DNA from: Leucoraja ocellata
Taxonomy: Eukaryota
DNA: 64,000 nt
Assembly (NCBI GenBank): GCA_036785375.1
Contig: JAWMAR010000508.1
Coordinates: 1,054,001 to 1,118,000 of the forward strand
Reading direction: 5' to 3'
Shown here: positions 22,301-35,290 of the stretch, piece after piece
Numbering within the stretch: position 1 is the first letter of the stretch
Layout: each line of letters starts with the position of its first letter
Translations under genes and position numbers: made by a program
Notes under the pieces: model-generated
What the model saw: the letters and a program-made list of their open reading frames with translations, nothing else
What the model was told of the DNA's origin: nothing
Databases searched by the model: none

Positions 22301-25300
22301 CCAGAGAATAAAGACCTAACTTATTCAACCTATCTCTGTAACTTAGTTGTTGAAACCCAGGCAACATTCTAGTAAATCTCCTCTGTACTCTGTCTATTTT
22401 GTTGACATCCTTCCTATAATTTGGCGGCCAAAATTGTACACCATACTCCAGATTTGGTCTCACCAATGCCTTGTACAATTTTAACATTACATCCCAGCTT
22501 CTATACTCAATGCCCTGATTTATAAAGGCTAGCATACCAAAAGCTTTCTTTACCACCCTATCTATATGAGATTCCACCTTCAAGGAACTATGCACGGTTA
22601 TACCCCTTATCCTTAAACTGTGTGTAGCCCCTTGTTCTGGACTTCCCCAACAGTGGGAACAATCTTCCTGAATCTAGCCTGTCCAACCCCTCAAGAATTT
22701 TGTAAGTTTCTAGAAGTATATCCTTAAACTGTGTGCCCCCTTGTTCTGGACTTCCCCAACATCGGGAACAATCTTCCTGCATCTAGCCTGTCCATCCCCT
22801 TAAGAATTTTGTAAGTTTTTATAAGTATATCCTTAAACTGTGTGTGTGGCCCCTTGTTCTGGACTTCCCCAACAATGGGAACAATCTTCCTGCATCTAGC
22901 CTGTCCAACCCCTTAAGAATTTTGTACGTTTCTATAAGATCCCCCCCCTCATTCTTCTAAATTCTAGCGAGTACAAGCCGAGTCTATCCAGACTTTCTTC
23001 ATAAGACAGTCCTGCCATCCCAGGAATCAGTCTGGTGAACCTTCTCTGTACTCCCTCTATGGCAAGAAAGTCTTTCCTCAGATTAGGAGACCAAAACTGT
23101 ACGTAATACTCCAGGTGTGGTCTCACCAAGACCCTGTACAACTGCAGAAGAACCTCCCTGCTCCTAGACTCAAATCATTTTGCTATGAATGCTAACATAC
23201 CATTCGCTTCCTTCACTGCCTGCTGCACTTGCATGGCTACTTTCAATGACTGGTGTACCATGACACCCAGGTCTCGTTGCATCTCCTCATTTCCTAATCG
23301 GCCACCATTCAGATAATACTCTGCTTTCCTGTTTTTGCCACAAAAGTGGATAACCTCACATTTGTCCACATTAGACTGCATGGTCCTCTCTGCTCCCCTC
23401 TCGACCCTCTGCAGAGCCTTCCTGTCTGAGCAGTTACAGTTTGAGTACCTGGTGTTAATACAGTATGTCAGTACAGACTCCACCGTGCCCTTGTAGAACG
23501 TCCTGAGGGTGTTGGTGGGGAGTGAGACCTGTTTGAGTTCCTTCAGGTAGTGTAGACAGCGCCTGATTGGCCGCTGAGTGTCCAACGCATTCTGTGATTG
23601 GACACAATGCCCTTGGAGACAGCGGCTGATTGGACGGGAATTTTAAGGAAAGCTGGTCGGTGATTGGACGCAACCCCCTTGGAGACAGCGGTCAATTGGT
23701 CACTTTTCCCCTCATTTCAAAATAGTATTGTTCCAATTTTTCACACTTTTAACTTAAATCGGAACAAATACAATACAATTGGACTCTTTGGCAGGTATTA
23801 GTTTAAAACAGCAAAGTAGACTATTATCTAAATGGTGGCCGATTAGGAAAAGAGGAGATGCAACGAGACCTGGGTGACTGGTACACCAGTCATTGAAAGT
23901 AGGCATGCAGGTGCAGCAGGCAGTGAAGAAAGCGAATGGTATGTTAGCTTTCATTGCAAAAGGATTTGAGTATAGGAACAGGGAGGTTCTACTGCAGTTG
24001 TGCAGGGTCTTGGTGAGACCACACCTGGAGTACTGCGTACAGTTTTGGTCTCCCAATCTGAGGAAAGACATTCTTGTCATAGAGGCAGTACAGAGAAGGT
24101 TCACCAGACTGATTCCTGGGATGTCAGGACTTCCATATGAAGAAAGACTGGATAGACTCGGCTTGTACTCGCTAGAATTTAGGAGATTGAGGGGGGATCT
24201 TATAGAAACTTACAAAATTCTTAAGGGGTTGGACAGGCTAGATTCAGGAAGATTGTTCCCGATGTTGGGGAAGTCCAGGACAATGGGTCACAGTTTCATG
24301 ATAGAGGGGAAATCCTTTAGGACCGAGACGAGAAAAACATTTTTCACACAGTGAGTGGTGAATCTCTGGAATTCTCTGCCACAGAGGGTAGTTGAGGCCA
24401 GTTCATTGGCTGTATTTAAGAGGGAGTTAGAAGTGGCCCTTGCGGCTAAGGGGATCAGGGGGTATGGAGAGAAGGCAGGTACGGGATACTGAGTTAGAAA
24501 CATAGAAACATAGAAAATAGGTGCAGGAGTAGAGGCCATTCGGCCGTTTGAGCCTGCACCGCCATTCAATATGATCGTGGCTGATCATCCAACTCAGTAT
24601 CCCATCCCTGCCTTCTCTCAATACCCCCTGATCCCTTGAGCCACAAGGGCCACATCTAACTCCCTCTTAAATATAGCCAATGAACTGGCCTCAACTACTT
24701 TATGTGGCAGCGATTTTTTTCTCATCTCGGTCCTGAAATACTTCCCCCTTATCCTTAGACTGTGTGACCCCTTGTCCTGGACTTCCACAACATCGGGAAC
24801 AATCTTCCTGCATCTAGCCTATCCAATCCCTTAAGAATTTTGTAAGTTTCTGTAAGTTCCCCCTCTCAATCTCCTAAATTCTAGCGAGTACATAGAAACA
24901 TAGAAACATAGAAACAAAGAAATTAGGTGCAGGAGTAGAGGCCATTAGGCCCTTCGAGCCTGCACCGCCATTTAATATGATAATGGCTCAGATCCAACTC
25001 AGTATCCCGTACCTGCCTTCTCTCCATACCCCCTGACCCCCTTAGCCACAAGGGCCACATCTAACTCCCTCTTAGATATAGTCAATGAACTGTGTGGCCT
25101 CAACTACATTCTGTGGCAGAGAGTTCCACACATTCACCACTCTCTGTGTGAAATATGATTTTCTCATCTCGGTCCTAAAAGACTTCCCCCTTATCCTTTA
25201 ACTGTGTGCGTGGCCCCTTGTTCTGGGCTTCCTCAACATCGGGAACAATCTTCCTGTAACTAGCCTGTCCAACCCCTTAAGAATTTTGTAAGTTTCTATA

Positions 25301-25709
25301 AGTATATTCTTAAACTGTGTGCCCCCTAGTTCTGGACTTCCCCAACAGCGGGAACAATCTTCCTGCATCCAGCCTGTCCAACCCCTTAAGAATTTTGTAC
25401 GTTTCTATAAAATCCCCCCTCAATCTTCTAAATTCTAGCGAGTACAAGCCGAGTGTATTCAGTCTTTCTTCATATGAGAGTCTTGACATCCCAGGAATCA
25501 GTCTGGTGAACCTTCTCTGCACTCCCTCTATGGCAATAATGTCCTTCCTCAGATTTGGAGACCAAAACTGTGCGCAGTATTCCAGGTGTGGTCTCACCAA
25601 GACCCTGTACAAGCCAACTCTATCCAGTCTTTCTTTATATGAAAGTCCTGACATCCCAGGAATCAGTCTGGTGAACCTTCTCTGTACTCCCTCTATGGCA
25701 AGAATGTCA
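19310..25709. repeat. Tandem segmental duplication of a composite unit (CR1-A / Rex1 fragment / CCAAT array / CR1-A)
   Basis: 20300-21850 matches 23180-24750 at an offset of ~2900, which includes a ~710-bp CR1-B insertion at 21893-22600. Confidence 0.85.
21893..22600 (-). mobile_element. CR1-B 3' fragment
   Basis: AACCATAT tail, ORFs 21982-22595, and CCCCTTA on both flanks. Confidence 0.92.
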
Positions 25710-26637
25710 TAGAATCAGTCCAATCAGGGTTGTGGTGTCCGTAAACTTGAGAAGCTTGACAGAGCAGTCAGTGGAGGTGCAGTCGTTGGTGTATAGAGGG
25801 TTGAGGAGAGGGGAGAGTATGCTGCCTTGCGGTGATACTGTACTGAGTGTTTGCTGGTCCGAGATGTGCTTTCCCAGCCTCACATGCTGCTTCCTGTCTG
25901 CCAGGACGCTAGTGATCCACCGACAGAGGTGTTCAGGCACAGTCAACTCGGAAAGTGGTAGCGGTGTGGAATGAGCTTCCAGTGGAAGTGGTGGAGGCAG
26001 GTTCATTGGTATCATTTAAAAATAAATTGGATAGGCATATGGATGAGAAGGGAATGGAGGGTTATGGTATGAGTGCAGGCAGGTGGGACTAAGGGGAAAA
26101 ACAATTGTTCGGCACGGACTTGTAGGATCGAGATGGCCTGTTTCCGTGCTGTAATTGTTATATGGTTATATGGTTATTATTAACCTCACATAGGTCCCCT
26201 GGCGGTCTTTGTGCTAGAGGATGAAATACAGGCCTAGGTTGACTGCACCATCCACAGATCTATTGGCCCGATATGCAAACTGTACAGGATGAATGAATTA
26301 GTTCATTGGCCAAGTAATCACATACAAGGAATTTGCCGATATGAAAACTGTAGAGCATCCAGCAGGGGGAATGTGATATTTCTCAGCTTGGCCAGCACAA
26401 GATCTCCCCTCATCCACCCACGTTCCATGGAATACAGACTCAGCCTACCCAACCTCTCCCTACAGCTCACTCCCTCTAGACCTGGCAACATCCTCGGAAA
26501 TCTTCTCTGAACCCTTTCAATCTTGACAATATAGTTCTTATAATTCGGTGCCCAGAACTGAACACATTATTCTAAATGCGGTCTCACCATCTGATGCAAC
26601 TGCAACGAGACCTCCCAACTTCTAGACTCAATACTCT

Positions 26638-27151
26638 TGTCACAGTCAGCCCTCTCCTCATTCTCATCCGCTTCACCTCCCAGTACTTTTCCACCCATCC
26701 CTCCTTCTCCTCACCTGCCTGCACTTCTCCTCACCTGCCTGCACTTCTCCTCACCTGCCACTCCCCTCTCATCAGTCCAACTCTCCTCACCTGTTGCACT
26801 CAGTTGCCTCTGATCACCAATGAACCCGGTATATGGACTCTCCTCACCGGCCACACAGTGCCAGATTGGTCTCGGCGTTCATGCAAGACTCTCCAGCGAT
26901 TTCCCCGACTGCCTACACGGATTCGAACCTGCCTGCCCCTGACCATTCCGTCCTTTCGTCTGCCCCTCGCTGGTTTGTTTGCATCGTGTGTTGGATCTCC
27001 TGGTTACCGGACCTTCCGCTACCCCGACTACGACTCCTGCCTGCCCCTCTTCGGAACCCTCGCTCAATCCTGAGCCTCTGTGTGACTACAGTGTACCCAT
27101 TCCTGTGTTACTACTCTGTGCTGCTATTGGGTCCAATCTATACCCGTTACA
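26638..27151 (+). mobile_element. Solo LTR, segmental duplicate of 15335-15848
   Basis: TGTCAC...GTTACA with ACTCT on both sides, at the same host site. Confidence 0.82.
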
Positions 27152-27204
27152 ACTCTGACTGATGAAGGCCAAAGTGCCTAATGCCCTACATCGCATATAT
27201 CTTA

Positions 27205-29550
27205 TTACATTATGTTGTACCACTTCATTTTTTGAGCTTTAAGAAAGATAGAAATAAAAGAAGTAAGGAAAGTAATCAAGAATGGTGAAGGTGCAGGAAA
27301 GTGTTGGGAGAAGAGAACCCCTTAGGGAAGGAATTAGAGAAGGAAGTAAAGAAAAGAAATAAGACCCTAGAAAGAAAAGAAAAAAGAAGAAGAAAGGAAA
27401 ATCAATCGCTCTATTGTAACACAAAACTCCGCAAAAAAGAATATACCAATCGTGTTTTTATTACAACATTTATTTTATGCCCCCCATTACCAGGTCCTGG
27501 TAGCCTTTATGTTTTAACTTATTATTGCACCTTATGCTTGTAATAGTTCCATTAATGCAGACCACGTCTTTTGGAAGTGATCTGCTTTGCCTGATAGGAG
27601 GAGTCTCATCTCTTCCAAGTGTAGTGTTTCGAACATGTTTGAAATCCACATGTTTGTTGTTGGTATTGGAGCATTTTTCCAAAATTTAAGTATAAGCTTT
27701 TTTCCCCATTATTCGCCCATAATTAAGTAAGTTCTTTTGAAACACATTTAATTCTGGGTTACCTTCCGATATTCCAAAAATGATCCATTCTACTTTAGGT
27801 AGAAGTTTTGTTTTAAATAATTTTGTAAAGATTTCAAATATTTCGTTCCAGAATTTTTGGATTTTTATACAGAAAACAAAAGAGTTCGCTATGTTAGCTT
27901 CTTGTAACTGACATTTATCACAAATGGGTGAGACATTGGGGAAGAGTTTATTTAGTTCAGTTTTTGAATAATATAGTCTGTGTATTGTTTTATATTGGAT
28001 TAGACTATGTCGTACGTTGATCGAGCATTTACGCACATATAATCAGTGTTTATCCCAGCTCTCTTTTGAAATTTTTATAGCTAGTTCTTGTTCCCAGTCT
28101 CTTCTAATATTATCTGTTGTAGGTATTTCTATATTCAATATAATCTATATATCTATAAAACTCTGGGGCCATCCGACCGACTGCCGACCGGCGCCCTTCC
28201 TGCCTTTCGATTCGTGCCCGATACTCGCAGATGTCCAATCGGCATGGCCGATGCTCGCAGAAGTCCAATCGGAATGGATTCGTTTGCATGTACGGCTGCC
28301 GGCTGCATTTCTTCCTTTGATTCATTGCCACGCCCAATCCAGACGCTCAATCTCCGAGATATTTTCCATTTCGGTAGAGATTTCGCTTTTCTTTCTAAGT
28401 ATCCGCTCCTCATTTCATTTCGTCGTACGTACACGTTTTTAATCAAATCCTTCTCCTCCCCCCCACCCACCCCCAAGTATTTTAAAAATAAACAGGCTTG
28501 TCCATTTACATGTCAGCTTCCAACACACTTCGAAACAAAGTTGCAAGACAGGAACACTGAACTTTTCACTGCTGCAGCAGGCAGGGTAGGTGCCATTGGA
28601 TTTGTTTTTTAATCCACTGCTGAGGGAGGCAGGGCAGTGCTGGAATCTTACTTTTGGGAACGGCTTCAATTCCATTGGAGGAGACGGGTGAATGGTGGAA
28701 TATTGGATTGGGGGATCACACCATTGGGGGAGCAGACCCAACGGGTCTACACTTGGTCTAGTATTATATAAATATGATATTAGATTTGCTGATTCATCCT
28801 TTATCTTCATGGCTTCATCTAATAAATCTGGGGGCATATTATAATAGTCTTTTGTATATTTTCTCAGATAATCACGGATTTGAAGATATTTAAAATATTG
28901 ATTATTTTTCAAGTTATATTTCAGTTGTAATTGTTGAAATGGTAATAATTTCCCTCATTCATACAGGTCTCCGAGCGTTTTGATTCCCGTTCTTTCCCAT
29001 TGTGTAAATGATTTATCTATAATTGAGGGTTTAAACGAAGGGTTATGGCTATTGGCATTAGCAGAGATAGATTTCTTAATTTTAAGTTCTGTTTTATTTG
29101 TTTCCAAGTTCTAATTGTACTATGTATCATTGGATTTTTATTATAATGTTTGTTATTCAAATTCGTTGGTGAGAGGAGAGTCGCTCCTGTATTACCAGGA
29201 GCGCAGTCCTCTCTCTCCATTATAATCCAGTCCACCTGCTGGGCAGAGTTGTCCAGCAGGTGAATCATATTTTTAATATTTACCGCCCAATTATAGTACA
29301 TCAAGTTAGGGAGCGCTAGTCCCCCCACCTCTTTTGGTTTACTAAGGTATGCTCTTTGTATTCTGTGGGATTTAGATGTAGATATGCCATTTATTGTCAC
29401 TATACATGTACAATGAAATTAAAAGCTGCTCGTTTAAATGAAATTAAAAGCTGCTAATTTATAATCCCATATAAAGTTTGTGATGTCTGAGTCTAATTTT
29501 TTGAAACATTTTTTGGAAGATATATTGGAATTGATTGAAATAAATATATC
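27205..29550 (-). mobile_element. L1-clade LINE 3' fragment (ORF2 C-terminus and 3'UTR)
   Basis: LSKPKEVGGLALPNLMYYNWA, QYFKYLQIRDY, and IQYKTIHRLYYSK...SPICDKC...FVFCIKIQKFW (Cys-rich C-terminal domain). AT-rich. Confidence 0.85.
28144..28761 (+). mobile_element. Non-autonomous Helitron (618 bp)
   Basis: 5' TC, 3' CTAG, subterminal hairpin AGACCC-AAC-GGGTCT (28734-28748), inserted between A and T with no TSD. Removing it restores the L1 frame SYLYNIILNIEI. Confidence 0.92.
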
Positions 29551-29629
29551 CTAATGCCCTTTTGACCACCTTATCTACCTGCGACTCGCCCTTCATAGAA
29601 CCATGCACCTGTACTCCTAGATCCCTCTG

Positions 29630-29853
29630 GGTTTAAGAAGGAACTGCATCAGATGCTGGAAAATCGAAGGCAGACACAAATGCTGGAGAAACTCAGCGGG
29701 TGCAGCAGGATCTATGGAGCGAAGGAGATAGCCAACGTTTCGGGCCGACACCCTTCTTCAGTCTGAATAAGGATCTTGGTCCGAAACGTTGCCTAACTCC
29801 TTCGCACCTTAGATGCTGCTGCACCCGCTGAGTTTCTCCAGCATTTTTGTCTA
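29630..29853. mobile_element. Palindromic Penelope-derived mini-element with a 17-bp TSD
   Basis: ACTCCTAGATCCCTCTG at 29613-29629 and 29854-29870. The body is an inverted duplication of the Penelope terminal sequence seen at 41790-41925. Confidence 0.85.
29734..29761 (-). ncRNA. Minimal hammerhead ribozyme-like core
   Basis: CUGAAGA-a-GGGU(GUCG)GCCC-GAAA-CGUU gives both catalytic boxes and stem II. Penelope-like elements are known to carry minimal hammerheads. Confidence 0.55.
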
Positions 29854-29911
29854 ACTCCTAGATCCCTCTGCTCTACAACACTACCCAGAGGCCGACCATT
29901 CACTGTGTATG

Positions 29912-30668
29912 TCATAGAAACATAGAAACATAGAAATCAGGTGCAGGAGTAGGCCATTCGGCCCTTCGAGCCTGCACCGCCATTCAATATGATCATGGCT
30001 GATCATCCAACTCAGTATCCGGTACCTGCCTTCTCTCCATACCCTCTGACCCCCTTAGCCACAAGGGCCACATCTAACTCCCTCTTAAATATAGCCAATT
30101 AACTGTGGCGTCGACTAACCTCTGCGGTAGAGAGTGCCAGAGATGCACCACTTTCTGTGTGAAAAAAGTTATTCTCATCTCAGGTTTAAAGGATTTCCCC
30201 CTTATCCTTAAGCTGTGACCCCTTGTCCTGGACTTCCCCAACATCGGGAGGAATCTTCCTGCATCTAGCCTGTCCAACCCCTTAAGAATGTTGTAAGTTT
30301 CTATAAGATCCCCTCTCAATCTCCTAAATTCTAGAGAGTATAAACCAAGTCTATCCAGTCTTTCTTCATAAGACAGTCCTGACATCCCAGGAATCAGTCT
30401 GGTGAACCTTCTCTGTAGTCCCGCTATTGCAAGAATGTCCTTCCTCAGATTTGGAGACCAAAACTGTACGCAATACTCCAGGTGTTGTCTCACCAAGACC
30501 CTGTACAACTGCAGTAGAACCTCCCTGCTCCAATACTCAAATTATTTTGCTATGAATGCTAACATACCATTCGCTTTCTTCACTGCCTGCTGCAACTGCA
30601 TGCCTACTTTCAATGACTGGTGTACCATGACACCCAGGTCTCGCTGCATCTCCCCTTTTCCTAATCGG
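29912..30668 (-). mobile_element. CR1-A 3' fragment nested in an older CR1 (29551-31060, -)
   Basis: ORF 30074-30508. The host encodes [11 protein letters not shown]...GSVLGPLLF (30814-31113). Confidence 0.88.
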
Positions 30669-31676
30669 TCAACTTCTCTGTATTAAATTCCATCAACTAT
30701 TCCTCCGCCCACCTGGCCAATTGATCCAGATCCTGCTGCCATCTTTCACAACCATCTTCACTGTCTGCAAAACCACTCACTTTTGTATCATCAACAAACT
30801 TGCTAATCTTGCTCTATATGTTCTCATCCAAATCATTGATGTTGATGACAAACAGTAACGGGCCCAGCACTGAACCCAGAGGCACAACACTACTCACAGG
30901 CATCCATTCTGAGAAGCAACCTTCCACCATCACTCTCTGCTTCCTTCCATGGAGCCAATTTGCTATCCATTCAGCTATCTCTCCTTGGATCCCATGCGAT
31001 CTAACATTCCAGAACAGCCTACCATGCGGCACCTTATCGAACGCCTTACTGAAATCAATAGACAGCAGGTGAAGGAGTAGAGGCCATTCGTCCATTTGAG
31101 CCAGCACCGCCATTTAATGTGATCACGGCTGATCATCCCGAATCAGTACCCCGTTCCTGCCTTCTCCCCATATCCCCTGACTACGCTATTTAAGAGCCCT
31201 ATCTAGCACTCTCTTGAAAACATACAGAAAACCTGCCTCCACCGCCCTCTGATGCAGAGAATTCTACAGACTCGTAGCCCTCTGTGAGGAAAAGTGTTTC
31301 CTCGTCTCTGTTCTAAATGGCCAACCTACGCTGGGCTCCCTCAATATCAAGAATGTCCTTCCTCAAATTAGGGGACCAACACTGCACACAATACTCCAGG
31401 TGTGGTCTCACCAGGGCCCTGTACAACTGCAGAAGTACAGTTTCTTTGCTGCTATGTTAGATTCCTCTTGTTATAAAGTCCATGTACATGGCATCCACAG
31501 CTCTGCTTTCATCAACCTTTTTGCTCACGTCTTCGAAAAAAACAATCAGATTGGTGAGACACGACCTCCAACGTACAAAGCCATGCTGACAGTCCCTAAT
31601 CTGCCCTGGACCACCCAAATGCCTGTACATTCACCAAGGCAAATTCCTTGTATGTGATTACTTGGCCAATGAACTC

Positions 31677-32982
31677 AAATCATTCATTCATTCATCCATT
31701 CAATCATTCATTCATTCAAGCATTCATTCATTCACTCAATCATCCATTCATACATGCATTCAATCATACATTCATTCATTCATCCATTCATTCAATCATC
31801 CATTCATTCATTCTATCATTCATTCAATCAAGCATTCATACATTCATTCATTCATTCATGCACTAATCATTCATTCATATATTCACTCATTCATACATTC
31901 ACTCATTCATTCATCCATTCATCCATTCACTCATTCATTCATGCACTAATCATTCATTCATATATTCACTCATGCATACATTCACTCATTCATTCATCCA
32001 TTCATCCATTCACTCATACATTCACTCATTCATTCATTCAAACAATCATTCACTCATTCATACATTCGCTCATTCATTCATCCACATTCACTCAATCATT
32101 CATTCAATCATGCATTCATTTATTCACTCATTCATACATTAACTCATTCATTCATTCACTCATACATTCATTCATCATTCACTCAATCATTCATTCATTC
32201 AATCATTCATTCATTCTCATTCATCCATCCACTCATTCACTCAATCATTCATTCATTCATGCATTCATCCATTCATGCATTCACTCATTCATTCATTAAA
32301 TCATTCNNNNNNNNNNNNNNNNNNNNNNNNNNNNNNNNNNNNNNNNNNNNNNNNNNNNNNNNNNNNNNNNNNNNNNNNNNNNNNNNNNNNNNNNNNNNNN
32401 NNNNNNNNNNNNNNNNNNNNNNNNNNNNNNNNNNNNNNNNNNNNNNNNNNNNNNNNNNNNNNNNNNNNCATTCACTCAATCATTCATTCATTCATGCATT
32501 CAATCATTCACTCATTCTTTCACTCACTCAATCATTCATTCATCATTCATCCATCAGTCATTCATTCATTCATTCATTCATCATTCATGCANNNNNNNNN
32601 NNNNNNNNNNNNNNNNNNNNNNNNNNNNNNNNNNNNNNNNNNNNNNNNNNNNNNNNNNNNNNNNNNNNNNNNNNNNNNNNNNNNNNNNNNNNNNNNNNNN
32701 NNNNNNNNNNNNNNNNNNNNNNNNNNNNNNNNNNNNNNNNNNNNNNNNNNNNNNNNNNNNNNNNNNNNNCATACATCCACTCATTCACTCAATCATTCAT
32801 TCATTCACTCAATCATTCATTCATTCATTCATCCAATCATCCATTCAATTCATACATCCATTATTTCATTCATTCATTCATATATTCACTCATTCACCCA
32901 TCCACTCATTCACTCAATCATTCAATCATTCATTCATTCATCATTCATCTATTCAGTCATTCATTCATTCATTCATTCATTC
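31677..32982. repeat. Degenerate (CATT)n microsatellite array with two gaps
   Basis: Directly visible. Confidence 0.97.
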
Positions 32983-33109
32983 ATATCCTACCCCACAGAA
33001 TACTCTCCAGCAATTTACCAATTACAGATGTTAACCTTACCGGCCTATAGTCCCCTGCTTGTTCCTTGCAGCCCTTCTTGAAAATAGGCACATCATTTGG
33101 AACCCAGTC

Positions 33110-33250
33110 CCAACGTGCTTCTTCTGACTGTCCAGGTAGACCCATTGTTTCAGCGTGTTCTTGTCCCCACTCAATTACTTTCCACATACCTGGACTCCAT
33201 TCTATCCCCATGTCCAATCCACGACACCTCACACGCCCTTCGTCAATGTA
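33110..33250 (+). mobile_element. Penelope-like RT fragment
   Basis: DCPGRPIVSACSCPT...STYLDSILSP...DTSHAL with frameshifts. Confidence 0.65.
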
Positions 33251-33627
33251 TTTCCCACGGGCAAGTGGTATATTGCTGATTTTAGAAGAGGAAGGCCGAG
33301 CATGGAATAACCTGTCTTCATCCACGGTTCGATGGTGGAGAGAGTCAACAACGTTATGTTCCTTGCCATGAATATTTTTGAAGATCTGTCGTGGACCTAA
33401 CAAATTGATTGAATGATAAATAAAGTCCACCGACTTGACTGTGTTAGAGTCGAGCAGAAAGGACATCGATGTGGTGGTGAATGTTCTCCCGATCTTCGAC
33501 AAGTCCAAGATAGAGACCATATTGAACGGTTGCCACAGGGTCTGCTTCGGCACTTCGAAAGCCCAGGAATGAAGGAGTTTAAACAACGTGGTGGCCATCG
33601 ACCTGTCCTATCCATCATCTATGTTTC

Positions 33628-34695
33628 TAAGAAAGCCAATGGTATGTTAGCATCCATAGCAAAAGGATTTGAGTATAGGAGCAGGGAGGTTCTACTGCAG
33701 TTGTACAGGGTCTTGGTGAGACCATACCTGGAGTATTACGTACAGTTTTGGTCTCCTAATCTGAGGAAAGACCTTCTTACCATAGAGGATTTGAGTATAG
33801 GAGCAGGGAGGTTCTACTGCAGTTGTACAGGGTCTTGGTGAGACCACACCTGGAGTATTACGTACAGTTTTGGTTTCCTAATCTGAGGAAATGCATTCTT
33901 GCCATAGAGGAATTTGAGTATAGGAGCAGGGAGGTTCTACTGCAGTTGTACAGGGTCTTGGTGAGACCACACCTGGAGTATTGCGTACAGTTTTGGTCTC
34001 CTAATCTGAGGAAATACATTATTACCATAGAGGGAGTACAGAGAAGGTTCACCAGACTGATTCCTGATTGCCAAGACTTTCATACGAAGAAAGACTGGAT
34101 ACACTCGGCTTGTACTCGCTTGAATTTAGAAGATTGAAGGGGATCTTATAGAAATATACAAAATTCTTAAGGGGTTGGACAGGCTAGATGCAGGAAGATT
34201 GTTCTCGATGTTGGAGAAGTCCAGAACAAGGGGTCACAGTTTAATGGGGAAATCTTTTAGGACCGAGATGAGGAAAACATTATAGAAATGTACAAAATAG
34301 AAATGTACAAAATTCTTAAGGGGTTGGATAGGCTAGATGCAGCAAGATTGTTCTCGATGTTGAGGAAGTCCAGAACAAGGGGTCACACACACACAGTTTA
34401 AGGATAAGGGGGAGTCTTTTAGGACCGAGATGAGAAAATCATATTTCACACAGAGAGTGGTGAATGTGTGGAATTCTCTACCACAGAAGGTAGTTGAGGC
34501 CACACAGTTCATTGGCTATATTTAAGAGGGAGTTAGATGTGGCATCCTGTGGCTAAAGAGATCAGGGGGTATGGAGAGAAGGCAGGTACAGGATACTGAG
34601 TTGGTTGATCAGCCATGATCATATTGAATGGCGAATGGTGCAGGCTCGAAGGGCCGAATGGCCTCGACTCCTGCACCTATTGTCTATGTTTCTAT
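33628..34695 (+). mobile_element. CR1-A with internal tandem duplications, abutting the GPCR-B upstream block
   Basis: Family A peptides and tail. Confidence 0.88.
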
Positions 34696-34696
34696 C

Positions 34697-35290
34697 TTTG
34701 AAGATGTCAGATTAAATGAATGAAGATTCCCGAAATGCACTCGTCATTGGAAACGAATAAACTGAATATTGCGATTTCAGGCGACTGCTCATATTATGGA
34801 GATTGCGGAGAGATGGTGCGGATTCTACCAGGCCTGTAGATTGCTCCCTCCCCCGGCACTAACTGTCCACTAGACAGAACATATAGACTGGGTATCATCA
34901 CCCATGATGACTGGTGCCCTTTCCGTGAGGGAGGCACTTTGTGCCCGGACACAAAAGAGTTAACAGTAGATGTTTGTTCAGTGAGTGTAACTAACGTCAG
35001 TCTACACGGTGCCCGGTTGTGTCACCCACCCACTGGAGATTTCCCAGTTCCCAATATAAACCATTCCTGTTATTGCTGGGATATGAGAGTGTTGGTGAGA
35101 TCATCCCGCCCGTCACCGACAGGCAGAGAACAGCAGCTCCATTCACAGAGGGTGAAACCCATTGGGAATCTGTGGACAATAAAATGGGATGTTAGATGGA
35201 TGTTTCGGAATCCTGGAATATTAGAGAGTGAAGTGAATGTCACCGAGTGTAATCGGGGAACAGTGAGGGAGTACGTGCGGTGTTACACAC
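34697..35290 (+). promoter_or_regulatory. Conserved ~600-bp upstream/5'UTR block of the GPCR genes (also at 18695-19310 -, 53220-53814 +, 60155-60755 -)
   Basis: Non-repeat sequence nearly identical in all four copies. Contains TATAAA (35055-35060) preceded by GGAGATTTCCC (35035-35045, kB-like). Confidence 0.55.
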
